Assembly (NCBI GenBank): GCA_951406725.2
Contig: OX597830.1
Location: 67,084,001-67,148,000 of the forward strand
DNA from: Octopus vulgaris
Taxonomy: Eukaryota
Length of the DNA: 64,000 nucleotides
Direction of reading: 5' to 3'
Shown: piece after piece, positions 1 to 13,141 of the stretch
Position numbering within the stretch: position 1 is the first letter of the stretch
How the letters are laid out: the number at the start of each line of letters is the position of its first letter
Position numbers and translations under genes: made by a program
The notes under the pieces: model-generated
The model's input: only the letters and a program-made list of their open reading frames with translations
Told to the model about the DNA's origin: nothing
The model's database searches: none

Positions 1-1153
<1,153 letters not shown>

Positions 1154-1209
1154 TATTGTCGACTTCTTAAGAACTTTTACACACCATTATTTATAGCATC
1201 ATTTTACAA

Positions 1210-1392
1210 AACAGCGAACTTAGCAACATTTTGTCCGTCTTTACGTTTTGAATTAAAATTCTGCCGAGGTCGACTTAGCCTTTCATCATTTCTGGGTCGA
1301 TAAAGAATTACCAGTGAAACACTTGGATCGATCGATGTAATTGACTAGTCCCCTCCCCAAAAAATTTCAGGCCTTGTACCTTCAGTAGAAGG
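1210..1392 (+). mobile_element. SINE family B, decayed
   Basis: GCCGAGGTCGAC..GCCTTTCATC..GGGTCGATAAA core shared with the other family B copies. Confidence 0.75.
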
Positions 1393-1543
1393 ATTACCTA
1401 CAGCATTATTTGCTTCGAGATCCATCATAAACGTAACACACAATCTGGTGTTCCAAAGAACCATAATGAACTTACAAACTTGAGTTATCTTAATTTCTCC
1501 GGCATTTGCTCTGTATTTCATAACACACACTCCTCTCTTTCTC

Positions 1544-1575
<32 letters not shown>

Positions 1576-1749
1576 ACTATATATATTCTTTTATTCTTCT
1601 ATTCTTTTACTTGTTTCAGTCATCTGACTGCGGCCATGTTGGAGCACCGCGTTGAAGGGTTTTAGTAAAACAAATTGACTCCAGGACTTATCTTTGTTAA
1701 ATCCTGGTACTTATTCTATCGCTCTCTATCTTACTTATTCTATCGCTTA

Positions 1750-1904
1750 GGCGCAGCAGTGGCTATATGGTAAGTATCTTGCTTACCAACCATATGGTTC
1801 TGGGTTCAGTCCCACTGCGTGGCACCTTGGGCTATACTATAGCCTCGGGCTGACCAAAGCCTTGTGAGTGGATTTGGTAGACGGAAACTGAAAGAAGCCT
1901 GTCG

Positions 1905-1936
<32 letters not shown>

Positions 1937-2160
1937 TATGTATGTATGTGTGTGTGTGTGTGTCTGTCTGTCTGTGTTTGTCCCCCCAACATCGCTCGAC
2001 AACTGATGCTGGTGTGTTCATGTCCCCATAACTTAGCGGTTCGGCAAAAGAGACCGATAGAATAAGTACTAGGCTTACAACGAATAAGTCCTGGGGTCGA
2101 TTTGTTCGACAAAAGGCTGTGCTCCAGCATGGCCGCAGTCAAATGTCTGAAACAAGTAAA
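1750..2160 (+). mobile_element. tRNA-derived SINE family A, full length (a 3' fragment lies on the minus strand at about 1600-1745)
   Basis: GGCGCAG..GTGGCT..TGGTAAG head with B-box-like GGGTTCAGTCCC, an internal (TA)/(TG) microsatellite, and a GCTCCAGCATGGCCGCAGTCAAATG..GAAACAAGTAAA tail. More than 10 copies in the window. Confidence 0.9.
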
Positions 2161-2228
2161 AAAAATACATATAACCTTATTGCCCGTTGTGATAGCTAGT
2201 CTGCCAGATGTATATATATATATATATA

Positions 2229-2865
2229 CTAGCAGTATCGCCCGGCGTTGCTCGGGTTTGTAAGGGAAATAACTATATAAGCATTTTTAGAGAGTTATAG
2301 CCAAAAAATAGCAAAAAATGCATTAAAAATGGAAAAAATATGATGGTAAATTTTTTTTTAAATCGTTGACTCATCGTAGACATTTTTAGAGAGTTACTTC
2401 CCTTATATAATAGCGAAAAAATGCATTAAAATGGAAAAAAAACGATGGTAAATTTTTTTTTAAATCGTAGACTCATGTAGACGCTTTCTTAGCCATTTCT
2501 GTTTTGGTGTCTTCAAGCCATGAAGTCGTTGTTCTAAAAGAACGCTGGTCTCCTTGACAACGCATTACGACGTTGATTTCCTTGCATTCCCTTCCCCACA
2601 GGTGCAGGTGTAAGCGTGGATGCCAACTCCGCCGCCATCGACACACGAAAAATTATGCATTAAAATGGAATAAAAAATGATGTTAAATTATTTTTAAAAT
2701 CGTAGACTCATCGTAGACGCGCGCTAATACTCAGACAGGCTCGATATGAATCACGACTATAAGCTACCCGAATTTGGTTAAACTGCACCGCAAAATGTGG
2801 GAGTAGTTAGGAATCTAAATCGAAGGGGACAGACACTCACACAACTACAGTTTTATATATATAGA
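2229..2865 (-). mobile_element. Non-autonomous Helitron, family H1
   Basis: On the minus strand it starts A|TCTATATATATAAAA and ends CCCGAGCAACGCCGGG hairpin + CGATACTGCTAG|T: canonical TC...hairpin...CTAG in an AT target. Confidence 0.9.
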
Positions 2866-2884
2866 TATACATAGCGCAGTAGTG

Positions 2885-3275
2885 GTGAGATGTGACAGCA
2901 AAGAAAAGCATACATTCACTCTCTGCATGCAATTAGACTCGGAAAGTTCGTGAGGAACCCATTGACCCAATTTGCTGACTTTTCCGATCGCACACAGGTC
3001 TCAATGAATGGTTGAATGACCAAATCCAAGCTTCTCTGCTAGTTCCTGAACAGTTACGATGAGATTTTGTTCCACCAGGGTTTTCAGGATGTCCTTGTCG
3101 AGTTCTACAGATCTTTCAGGATGAGGCTCGTCTTCTAGGCTGTTCCAATATAGCTTTGAAAAAAATAGCTGTTAAAATCGAAATGCACTCTTCAAAACTT
3201 GCACTATGAATAAGGACAAGATAAAATTACTACCTGCTTTTATAGCAAGTTAATATAAGTAGTTTATCCCATTCC
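2885..3275 (-). mobile_element. Internally deleted mariner fragment, same family as 59315-60581
   Basis: Minus strand encodes LCAIGKVSKLGQWVPHELSESN (intact mariner WVPHEL motif) and aligns by eye to 59370-59915. Confidence 0.85.
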
Positions 3276-3334
3276 CCTCTGACTTTTAGTTGAAGCTGTT
3301 GAAAAAACCGCATTATTATATATATATACATACA

Positions 3335-3366
<32 letters not shown>

Positions 3367-3588
3367 CACACACACTCTCTCTCTCACACACATGCACACA
3401 TTTATATTCTGTTATTCTTTTATATGTTTCAGCCTTGAGGTTGTGGCCATGCTGGATCATGTGTGTGTGTCTATCTGTCTGTCTGTCTGTATGTATATAT
3501 GTATGTGTGTGAACAATAATATTTTCAACAGATGTGTTGCAAATGTATCTGATTGTTCTCAAGCTTCAATACTGTGTGTGTGTGTGTA

Positions 3589-3619
<31 letters not shown>

Positions 3620-3680
3620 ATGTATGTATGTATATGTATGTATGTATGTATGTGTGTATGTATGTGTGTGTATGTATGTA

Positions 3681-3711
<31 letters not shown>

Positions 3712-3742
3712 ATGTATGTATGAGTGTATGTTTACTTTATTA

Positions 3743-4177
3743 CTAACACAAGCCAGTACGGTTATTTAATGTAAAGTCTTCCTCAAATCACTATCTCTGG
3801 CTATTTACTCTCTTCCAAGAACATTTTCACTCACACTTATGTGTTAGCTTCCCATACATTTTACTCATGTATCTATCAGCGTGATAGAGAGAAACAAATA
3901 TTACATCTAGTTTCACTTTATTCGTTGCCCACTGTGTGTGTGCGTTTGCGTGTGGTGTAAACCAGACTAAGAAAAGCATTTGACACACACACCAGAATGT
4001 GAGTTTTCTGTAAATTTTGCTTAATTGGAGTTTAAATTTTAAAAACTGGACCTGGCATGACGCGATGCATTGTACTCTCAAAAATGGTAGGTAAATTGTA
4101 ATTGAAGAAATCCTATATTGTAGATTTGTATAACTCCCAAAGGGAGGCAGATAAAATCTGCCTTTTATAATAAGAGA
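3743..4177 (-). mobile_element. Probable non-autonomous Helitron of another family
   Basis: Minus strand begins A|TCTCTTATTATAAAAGGCAG and ends ..GGCTTGTGTTAG|T (CTAG variant) with a weak hairpin. Confidence 0.55.
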
Positions 4178-4185
4178 TATATAAC

Positions 4186-4555
4186 CAAGCCCTCATCAAC
4201 TATTTCAAGTTTCACTTGAAAAGGAAGTTGAGGGTGTTGTCTTCTAGCAAGTTTATTGAAAGGTGGGTGAATGTTGGAAGAATGGCCAGTGTGAAATGAC
4301 TAATTCTGAGCACACACCTGTGAGAAATAAAAGACGGGCTCTTGCCCTGTTGATCAGACACTCGTAGCTTTTCTGAGTTTTTCAACGAGGATCTTAAAGC
4401 GCTTCCCCTATTGGGAGTTTTAATTTGTTCAATTTTAATTGTTATTTATCTTGTTTACACGCAGAAAACCCATTGTATCATCCTGTTTCTGTTTTTTATG
4501 TTGTATGTCTTTTAATGTTGTTTTATGTGACCCCTTGTAGCTAATAAAAGAACAA

Positions 4556-4607
<52 letters not shown>
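4186..4607 (+). mobile_element. L1/Tx1-like LINE 3' end
   Basis: QALINYFKFHLKRKLRVLSSSKFIERWVNVG.. resembles the Tx1 ORF2 C-terminus. T-rich UTR, AATAAA at 4543, then an (ATT)n tract. Confidence 0.55.
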
Positions 4608-4609
<2 letters not shown>

Positions 4610-5082
4610 TAGCTCAATTTGATTTCTGGAAGACTCTAATAGAATGCTCGAATTACTGAAATTAAATTTAAAAGTGGAGTTCTATATCAGCTTACATAAA
4701 CGAGTCTCTTGTAGTAATTAATTATAAGGATAAATACTTTGCAGTCACCACGAAAATATTTCTTTTGTGCAAAGCAATTTTGCAAAAGGCTGAATGGAAC
4801 TGAATAAAAATAATCAAGTTTAGAACAGTCAACAATATGATAATTGCCACAGTATATTTATATATTTTGTGTCACGCAAAGCGTCTGGATTAAATTTCAA
4901 TATATTTGCATATAACGTGCAACTATAGTTACAGATGTAAAAGACCGTGCCTAGTTGTTCGAGTATTCCGTTGACGATCATAATGTAGGTTCAGTTCCTA
5001 GACTGGACAGCGCGTGGTGTTCTGGAATACAGCATTTTATTTCACTCAGCTGAAAATGAGTACCTGCTGGGTGTTGATGCTG

Positions 5083-5114
<32 letters not shown>

Positions 5115-5274
5115 ACCTCACCCTCTCTTTCTACCTCTCCCTCTCTCTCTAATTGTCACATCTTGGATGTCCTGGATGTGTGGTACTGGTTCAAAGGATG
5201 GGAGAGTCTAGAGGGTGTCTACGTTTACTTTGGCACCTAAAACAATTAGCAAATGCATAGAACTTATTTTATGT

Positions 5275-5548
5275 TTGTTCCTTCTTGAGCCATGTCTGGC
5301 TCATAAGGGCCGGTTTCCCGGTTTCCTTGGCGTATAGGTTCCCCACCTGGATAGGACGCCGGCCCGTCGCAGGTGAGCTGCAAGATGAAAGAGTGAGAGA
5401 AAGTTGTGGCGAAACAGTCAGCAGAAGTTCGCCATTATCTTCTGCCGGAGCCGCGTGGAACTTACGTGTTTCGCTCATAAACACACACATCGTTCGGTCT
5501 GAGATTCGAACCCGCGATCCCTCGACCGCGAGTCCGCTGCTCTAACTA
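5275..5548 (-). mobile_element. tRNA-derived SINE, family C variant (related copy at 43078-43335, plus strand)
   Basis: Minus-strand head CATGGCCTAGTAGTTAGAGCAGCGGACTCGCGGTCGAGGGATCGCGGGTTCGAATCTC contains A and B boxes. Confidence 0.8.
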
Positions 5549-6122
5549 CTAGGCCATGTGCTTGCACACATAGTACTTATTACTAAACTATACTCGTTCG
5601 TGAGTGACGGCTGGCTTCAAACAGTTACAAATATTTTGAATCTATCTCAAAAAATTATTTGGCTTGCCAGAATATTTAATGAAGAACACAAGTCCAAGTA
5701 ATTTTCAACATCTGCTTATTTACAACAAAACTTTGCATTTGAATATTCGATAGACACAACGCATAATCATAAGTAAGATTCTTTTGAATTTTTCTAAAAT
5801 ATAATTCGACTTTCCAATAGATTTATCGAAGCGAAATGATGCAGACAACGATAATATCCCGTGTAATTTTGATAAATTTCTATTTACAAAATGTTCTAAA
5901 TATAATATTTGGTAGGTGTAACGTATGACTACAGTTATTTATGCTTAGAAAATTTTTGAAAACAATATATTGATCCTGTCGGGAATGCCTCTGTTCTAGT
6001 TGAAACCAAAACTTTATATGACTATTATGATTTTATGCGACATTGACACCTATGCATGCGTCTCTTCGTTTGTGATATGTGTGTTTATGTGCATCAGCTG
6101 TTTGCATATGCATATACATGCA

Positions 6123-6180
<58 letters not shown>

Positions 6181-6181
<1 letters not shown>

Positions 6182-7304
6182 GGCACCCATCATCGACCCT
6201 ATCGCATCATCAACTCCTTCACCTGCACCTCCAGCAATATTATCTATTGCGTCTCTTGCTCTCTCTGCCATTCCCTGTACATCGGACAAACGGGACGCCG
6301 CTTGGCTGACCGGTTCGCGGAACACCTTCGTGACATCCGCCTTGCGAACGACACACCGGTCTCACGCCATTTCCGCTCCACCGGTCACTCCTTGCAACAC
6401 CTGTCTGTGTTCGGTTTGTCCTTACACAGAGGCCATCCGGATTCCCGTTTGCGCCGTGAACAGGAATTAATCTTCTCTCTTCGCTCTTATACGCCATTTG
6501 GTCTCAACTCCCCCCCTTCATCTAACCCCCTCTCCCCCCTCCTCATCTAACCTCTCTCCCCCGCCCCCTACTTCTCTTCAGTCCTTCATCCTTTCACCCC
6601 TACTCCTCTTCCTTTCTTCCCTCTTTCTCCCTCCCTCCTTCTTCCCTCTTCCCCTTCCCTCTTTCTCTCTGCTCCCTCACTCCCCTTCTCTCTCTCCCCT
6701 CTCCCTCTATCCTCCCTCCTCCTCTCCCCTCCTCTTCTCCTCTCCTTCCTTCTCCCCCTTCTCTCCCCTCCTCTTCTCCTCTCCTTCCTTCTCCCCCTTC
6801 CCCCTCCTCTTCTCCCCTTTCTTTCTCCCCCCCTCACCCCACCCCTCCCCCTCTTCCCTCATCTCCTCTCTCTACACTACACCATACGACTTTACACATC
6901 ACATCATATATACATACACACGTCCAGACCTCTCATACGCACTAATACTCTCTCATACACACACACACACACTCTTCTCATACACACACACACACTCTTA
7001 TGTTGGAGCGAGGTCACTTAACCCTATTATCTCCCCTAATTTCGCTCTTGTGTCTCACGTTTGATCTTTGACTTCTGGCCGAAATCAGATTGCCATGTTG
7101 ATTCGCTAGCTTCTGCACGCATACTTTTTTTCTCTGTGTATCTTTCTGTTGAAGAGCGTAGGCTCGAAACGTTAAAGACTAGTTTTATTTATATTTCCTG
7201 AGTGCCATACTAATACAATTGTTTGTTTGTATTCCACCTGCCTTCGTCTTTTGTTTATTTCCGTAAACCTGCCTTCGTCTTTTGTCTATTTTCATAAAGC
7301 TTCC

Positions 7305-7307
<3 letters not shown>
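6181..7307 (+). mobile_element. 5'-truncated Penelope-like element: GIY-YIG endonuclease + pyrimidine tract + pseudo-LTR, inserted in (TA)n
   Basis: Stop-free 6182-6550 reads FTCTSSNIIYCVSCSLC..LYIGQTGRRLADRFAEH..HF..REQELIFSL...PFGLN (PLE GIY-YIG with CCHH). A hammerhead motif lies downstream. Confidence 0.92.
7141..7178 (+). ncRNA. Minimal type I hammerhead ribozyme motif (variant core)
   Basis: UCUUU-CUGUUGA-A-GAGC(GUAG)GCUC-GAAACGUU-AAAGA: stem I UCUUU/AAAGA, stem II GAGC/GCUC, palindromic ACGU stem III. Confidence 0.75.
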
Positions 7308-7340
<33 letters not shown>

Positions 7341-7416
7341 TTAGAGATAGTAGGCACCTTTCATCTCACCATATAAAAAATAATTTTTATTTTAAATACC
7401 TACTACTTTATAACTT

Positions 7417-7511
7417 GGCTACACGTGTTTCATGAGGTACATTCCCCGGTTCCTAAACCACTGCGTGTTTTGCTGGAACCCTTCTTAAAATGTAACCCCA
7501 ATCATCAGGCC
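7417..7511 (-). ncRNA. Hammerhead ribozyme motif with extended stem II, in a Penelope pLTR-like piece (about 7340-7757)
   Basis: Minus strand: GGC-CUGAUGA-[UACAUU..GGUUCC..GGAACC..AAUGUA]-GAAACACGUGUA-GCC. Canonical core with a GUA cleavage triplet. Confidence 0.8.
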
Positions 7512-7806
7512 CTTATATCACTTTATCATTGTTCAATACTATAAACTATATTTTAATTTTTTAAAAACCCTTAAGTATGTGTAAAATATAAAATTAGTGC
7601 TGTATGAACATTTAATGTGGTTTTAGAGTCAAGTTTTGGCTGCTATTCTAGCGTGGTGGTATCTCTTAGATACCCTAAATTATACTTTTTATAATAATTA
7701 TTACCTTCGAAGATTTTTATTCCTATGCTGGCCACTTGAAGTTTCTGAATCAACGATATGCACGCATACATACATATATACATAAACACACGTACAACGA
7801 TATGCA

Positions 7807-7862
<56 letters not shown>

Positions 7863-7869
<7 letters not shown>

Positions 7870-8226
7870 TTACTGGACGCTCAGGAAAGAAGGAGGGTTT
7901 AACGTTTCGAGCGGAGCTCTTCGTCGGAAACATAGGAGAAGGAAAGATCCAGAGAAGGGAAGACAGAGGAAAAAACAACAAAAAAAAACGTCAACGGTAC
8001 ACACGTCAAAATGTGACCGCGTGTGTACCGTTGGCGATTTTTATTCCCTCTGTCTTCCCTTCTCAGGATCTTTCCTATTCCTATGTTTCCGACGAAGAGC
8101 TCAGCTCGAAACGTTAAACCCTACTTCTTCCCTTCCTTCCTGAGCGTCCAATAATACTATATTTGTTCCACGTCCTCGCGTTGTTGTGTTTTTTTTTGTG
8201 CTTTCTTGTCTGGATTAACTAACTAT
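7863..8226. mobile_element. Inverted pair of Penelope pLTR fragments with two hammerhead motifs (7897-7931 minus, 8085-8119 plus)
   Basis: Arms about 7863-8005 and 8020-8162 are reverse complements. Each carries GUUU-CCGACGA-A-GAGC(NNN)GCUC-GAAACGUU-AAAC. Confidence 0.8.
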
Positions 8227-8235
8227 ATGTATATA

Positions 8236-8685
8236 ATGTTCGTCCTTCGGGTTCGAAGATGACCATTGACATCATTTGGTGGAATTGCTGCTATGAGACC
8301 GGAGGTGGCTGGTGAGGCCAATCCGGGCAAGAAAGCCCCTTCCACAGGTGGGGCAGAAGTGGGTAGGGGCTGTGCTATTCGTGCAGGTGGCTCTGGCTTT
8401 CCGCATCTGGCGTTTCTGTTCTGCTGACTGAATCCGTCTCTCCTCGGCTGTCTTTGCTCCTGTGGTGATTGCGCTGCGCCAGGATGAGCGGTTGGCAGCA
8501 AGTGTCTCCCAAGTCTCTGTGCCGATGGAGAAGTCCTTGAGAGAGACTTTGAGACTGTCCTGGAAGCGCTTCTTCTGCCCTCCGACTTTGCGTTTTCCCT
8601 GGCTGAGTTCACCGTAGAAGAGCTGTTTTAGGATGCCAGTGTCGGACATGCGGGAGACGTGGCCTGCCCATCTCACCTGGGCTTT
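8236..8685 (-). mobile_element. RTE-clade LINE 3' end (open frame 8272-8676)
   Basis: RWAGHVSRM...KQLFYGEL..GKRKVGGQKKRF.DSLK...W...A.NRSSWR, a terminal C2H2 finger CPTC...GLTSHLRSH, and a short RTE-type 3' UTR. Confidence 0.92.
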
Positions 8686-8828
8686 GCGCGCGCGCGCGCG
8701 CGTGTGTGTTTGTGTGTATACATTATGTGTATGTATACAGCGTTATCTGCGTCTGTTTACCTGTAGCGCTGTACGTATATATGTGTATACATGAGTGTAT
8801 CTGAGTGAGTATGCCTGTATCCATGTAT

Positions 8829-8889
<61 letters not shown>

Positions 8890-9348
8890 ATGAGCAATCT
8901 TGAGTATTTTACTGTAAATGTGTCTGAAATTTTCTGTATGTATATAAACATAGTGAGCACTCTTCAATGTATATGTACATATATATTCACATATATAAAT
9001 AAGCTTCGTATTGTAACTACGTATCTTATACATAGTGTCTATCTTTGACTATGAGCGGGAAAAAGTGACAGGTAGTAAGAAACGAGGGAAGGTAATCATC
9101 TCGAGATAGATTTATCATCTGCTGATATCTGTCTTCTTTCCTTTACTATTAACAGACGTTAATTTCCTGTGTTTCAGGCCGTTGCAATGACCATTAACAA
9201 AGCGCATATATTTTTACTAAATTTTATAGTAATTTTCAATTGGCCTACTCCTTCCAGTGTTATCACAGTACCATCACAGGTCAAATTATATTTAAACTGT
9301 CGGCCAGGCTAGGTCTAAATTATTGTATAAAATAGAATGTTCTACATT

Positions 9349-9968
9349 CAGTTGTGTAACTGGGGCGGGAGTTGAGGCAGGGATCTTTTCTGTTTGACTG
9401 GCAGTTTTTTAAAATAATTTCCACGTAACTAAACACTTTTAAACTTCGTATACTGGTAGAATGTGTTTCTAAAACATCTTTTTTCTCTTGGCTTTATTGA
9501 GAAAATTCTATAGTTTGTAAGATATTTGTTTTGTTTTTTTTCAATTTCTGCAATTTCAACCAATCACTGACGTCCATTAAGGTAAAAATATCCCTTCTGT
9601 GCTGTATGAATATGTCCCTCGTTTAAGAAACAGATTGGGTTTATTTACATTTGTGAAGAAAAAAAGATACCCTTCCCCCACCCCCGCCCCTAACCCTAAC
9701 CCTAACCCTAAAACAGATTGAAATGCAATAGATCGATACTAGGGTCATAATTATGGGTGAAAATTTCATAGGACACCGCTAGAAAAAACTGCCGTTCAAC
9801 CCGAAAAGATCCAGAGGCAGGAGCAACACACCCTGGGTGACGCTTTTAGGGAAGTGGTCGTGGGAGGGGGGTACGTTTCGATCTGCTGCATAAGCCTATC
9901 CAGAGGAACGGGACAGCAGATTTCAAGGGCTGCCCCTGGCGGTATCCTCACTCTAAGCTGCACCACTG
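9349..9968. mobile_element. hAT-like MITE, host of the nested 9381-9812 element
   Basis: Imperfect TIR CAGTTGTGTAACT / AGCTGCACCACTG, with imperfect 8-bp flanks TCTACATT / TCTATCTT. Confidence 0.6.
9381..9812. mobile_element. MITE with GG-starting TIRs, 8-bp TSD (Merlin-like) and internal (CCCTAA)4
   Basis: About 30-bp TIR GGATCTTTTC.GTTTGA..GGCAGTTTTTT; TSD TGAGGCAG/AGAGGCAG; telomere-type repeats at 9688-9711. Confidence 0.8.
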
Positions 9969-10043
9969 TCTATCTTTAAAACCTATTGGGTTGTTTGACC
10001 ATCCGACTCCCCTGTTCGTCATGTTCTACGATCGTTCCTGTAT

Positions 10044-10279
10044 ACCTATTTCTTTACTACCCACAAGGGGCTAAACACAGATGAGACAAACAAGGACAGA
10101 CAAACGGATTAAGTCGATTACATCGACCCCAGTACGTAACTGGTACTTAATTTATCGACCCCGAAAGGATGAAAGGCAAAGTCGACCTCGGCGGAATTTG
10201 AACTCAGAACGTAACGGCCGACGAAATACGGCTACGCATTTCGCCCGGCGTGCTAATGTTTCTGCCAGCTCGCCGCCTT
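10044..10279 (-). mobile_element. SINE family B, full length and CpG-intact
   Basis: Head AAGGCGGCGAGCTGGCAGAA..GAGTTCAAATTCC and central GCCTTTCATCCTTTCGGGGTCGATAAATTAAGTACC, which resembles the Meta-type SINE domain. Short TATACCT duplication at the flanks. Confidence 0.88.
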
Positions 10280-11962
10280 ATACCTGTGACTATCTTCTTC
10301 CACCCTAATTCCTCTTTCTCACTCTCTCACCCTATAAATACTCCTCCAACATTTACCCACCTTTACTGAGTCTACTGACGTCACGGCAGTTACAAAGGTC
10401 GGCATGATTACAAAGGAATATATGCATTCGTATTGCATGAGTGCATGCAACCAAACCACGTCTAAGTGTTTATACAAATGATAGATACTTTGCTGGTTTG
10501 AACAAGAAAGCATTGTTAATTCGTCAGTAACCGATTTTCATCCTGACAATTTTTTGTAATTAAATATGTTTGTATACATTTCAAAGTTTGTTTATTAAAT
10601 TGCTAATTTAGACAGTTGAATATATAAATATACTAAATTATAAGAAATTAGTATTGTTTTCTTTCATTAATACTGAACTCAGTGGCGGCTCATGTATAGA
10701 CACTGCAGAGCTGCAAATACCCCAATTTCTACTTGATACTATCGATAACAACCAATATAATGAGTCCTTTTTTTCTTTAGTTCTTTCTTTATACTTGTAC
10801 ATTATATAATCCTTAAGCTTAATGCCAGTAGCCACCTCCTAGATTATGAAAAAAATACAGAAGTCCTTGTATAGAACTATGTGCTTCACAGTTCCAGCAA
10901 TGAAGTGTTTGGTTGTTGAGCGCACGCTCACATGTCTGAGATAGGAAGCTTCACACTAGGGAGAGAGAGCACTATCTGAACGACAGTGCTGGGTGAAATG
11001 TAGTGTTTCTTTTGACTCTACGTGTGTTGTGCTTAAAAACGTGTTTATATTCTTGAATGTAATAAAGTGTAGAATTAGATTATTATCCTGCTTCCAGCTT
11101 CAATGTTGCTGCCAGGATTTGAAAAAAGGGCAGACTTTCCTTCCTTATTTTGTGATTTAAGGGGGATTTTTGAAAAACAAGAATTCGCGAAGGTGTTCAG
11201 TAAACAAATTAAACACACTATCCGGCAGTGGCTAAAACGCGAACCGATCAAGTTTATGTATAAATTTTCTTTTTATGTTTGTTTCCTTTTGCACAATATC
11301 AAAACAACGGCTAAAAATTTTCTAAAGCAGCATCCCCACTAATTTTATCTACGAGCCATCACTGATTGATCTAATGGTTTCTACTTCAGACACTAGGCGA
11401 GAAATTTTGAAGGGGAGAAATTAATCGATCATGTCGACTTAGTACTTGCCTGGTACTTTGTATTATCGTCCACGAAAGGATGAAAAGCTTAGTTGACTTC
11501 AGATTGGCTTAGACTGAAAACGTAAGGAATCGGAACAAAATGTACTTTGAGGTGTTTGTTCTGGCTCTTTCATTGTATTTTTTCACGACCAGACATGTTT
11601 TTACGGCAGACTGGAAACGAATGACACTCCTGTAACATTTGTTTACAACTCTCAAACGATGTCAAAACAAGGCGACATCAACTCACAACACATACTCGCG
11701 CACGCGTATGCAAACACATATGCATGTATCCTATCTGATTTGAAACCTCGTCGAGGTCAACTTTGCCTCTCATTCTTTGGGGATCTATAGAAATAAAGTA
11801 CTAGGGAGTACTGGAGTCTAATAACATCCTCTCATCGAGATTATTGGCCTTTCATCCTGAAAAATGTATAACAGGAACTCTTTTTCATATTTATATTAAT
11901 AGCTGTTTAGAACGAACTCTCGGTACTTAGTGTTGTTATGCTTCAGAGATACTTTTTAATGT

Positions 11963-12314
11963 GTGTGGAAGCACTCCGTCGGTTACGACGATGAGGCTTC
12001 CGGTTGATCCGACCTGCTCGTAAAATTAACGTGTAAGTGGCTGAGCACTCCACAGACACGTGCACCCTTAACGTAGTTCTCGGGGATATTCAGCGTGACA
12101 CAGAAAATACAGGTACAACAGAAACAGGAAGTAAGAGTGAGAGAAAGTTGTGGTGAAAGAGTACAGCAGGGATCACCACCATCCCCTGCCGGAGCCTCGT
12201 GGAGCTTTTAGGTGTTTTCGCTCAATAAACACTCACAACGCCCGGTCTGGGAATCGAAACCGCGATCCTACGACCGCGAGTCCGCTGCCCTAACCACTGG
12301 GCCATTGCGCCTCC
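11963..12314 (-). mobile_element. tRNA-derived SINE family C
   Basis: Near-identical to 43399-43773 and 56614-56994. 12-bp TSD ACTTTTTAATGT. Confidence 0.9.
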
Positions 12315-12344
12315 ACTTTTTAATGTTACAGAATATAGAAAGAA

Positions 12345-12654
12345 AATCCCCTTCAGTCACGAATGACTATGGAATTGCACCTAGAAAGCTTCCCTCCGAG
12401 GTACAGGTCCGGGGAAGGTTATTAGTGGTAGATCAGTGATCGTCCATGCATACCAGTCTCCTTTCTCTACACCAGCGATTTTGTCCAAAGGAAAGACAAA
12501 GGCCGATACAGCTTGATACCAGTGACGTTGCAACTCATTTCTACAGTTGAGTGAACTTGAGAACGCAACACACAATACACAGCCCGGTCCGGGAATTACA
12601 TCCACATCACGATTGATAGCTCGACGCTCTAACCGCTAAGCCATTCGCTTCCAC
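12345..12654 (-). mobile_element. tRNA-derived SINE family E (other copies at about 23920-24230 and 45775-46090, plus strand)
   Basis: tRNA-like head plus shared GTGTAGAGA..GGCTGGTATGCATGG and TGCAATCCCATAGTCATTC segments. Confidence 0.75.
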
Positions 12655-13141
12655 TGTAAAGTACACAGCAAATTAAAATTCGTTTTTTGTGATATAATTT
12701 TGGTGTTTGCAGCTTTGAGAATAATCATTCAAGAACAAAATTTATTCGGAAGTTTTGGGGTAAAAGTTGTTTCTTTTCTCCAAAATAATGCTATTATAAT
12801 TTTATATGCGTTATGTCAATTTATAGTAGCAAGGTTGTCAGAGTCATTAGCGATGAGCACGCGCGGACTCTTGTCAGACACGTTTTCTCCAAAGGTCGTC
12901 TCGTTGACTGAACTGCAATCTCGGACGTGTCCATACGTATATACAGCTCTGTCATGTGACTTTTAGATGCTCCCTGCAACTTTTTGTTTCGAGGCCCCGT
13001 CCCTTCAATCAAAATTCATAATCTACGCACATTTTATCCATAGCTATATTTTACTTTATTCTATCTGAAGTTCAATATTTCTCGTTATCCTAAAGAACAT
13101 CATTAAAAGTACAAGTTAAGTTTATCTAGGTTTATTACAAA

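Noticed and set aside
6498-7064. 188-aa Pro/Ser/Leu-rich ORF
   Set aside because: Stop-free only because it is a pure pyrimidine tract in the Penelope 3' region.
10081-10308. Recurrent ORFs such as RNWYLIYRPRKDERQSRPRRNLNSER and RQASFSFRLPNPLTR
   Set aside because: These are SINE B and SINE A sequences read in frame, not a gene family.
12840-12960. CpG-rich unique patch, possible regulatory element
   Set aside because: No diagnostic motif or linked exon; cannot be supported from sequence alone.
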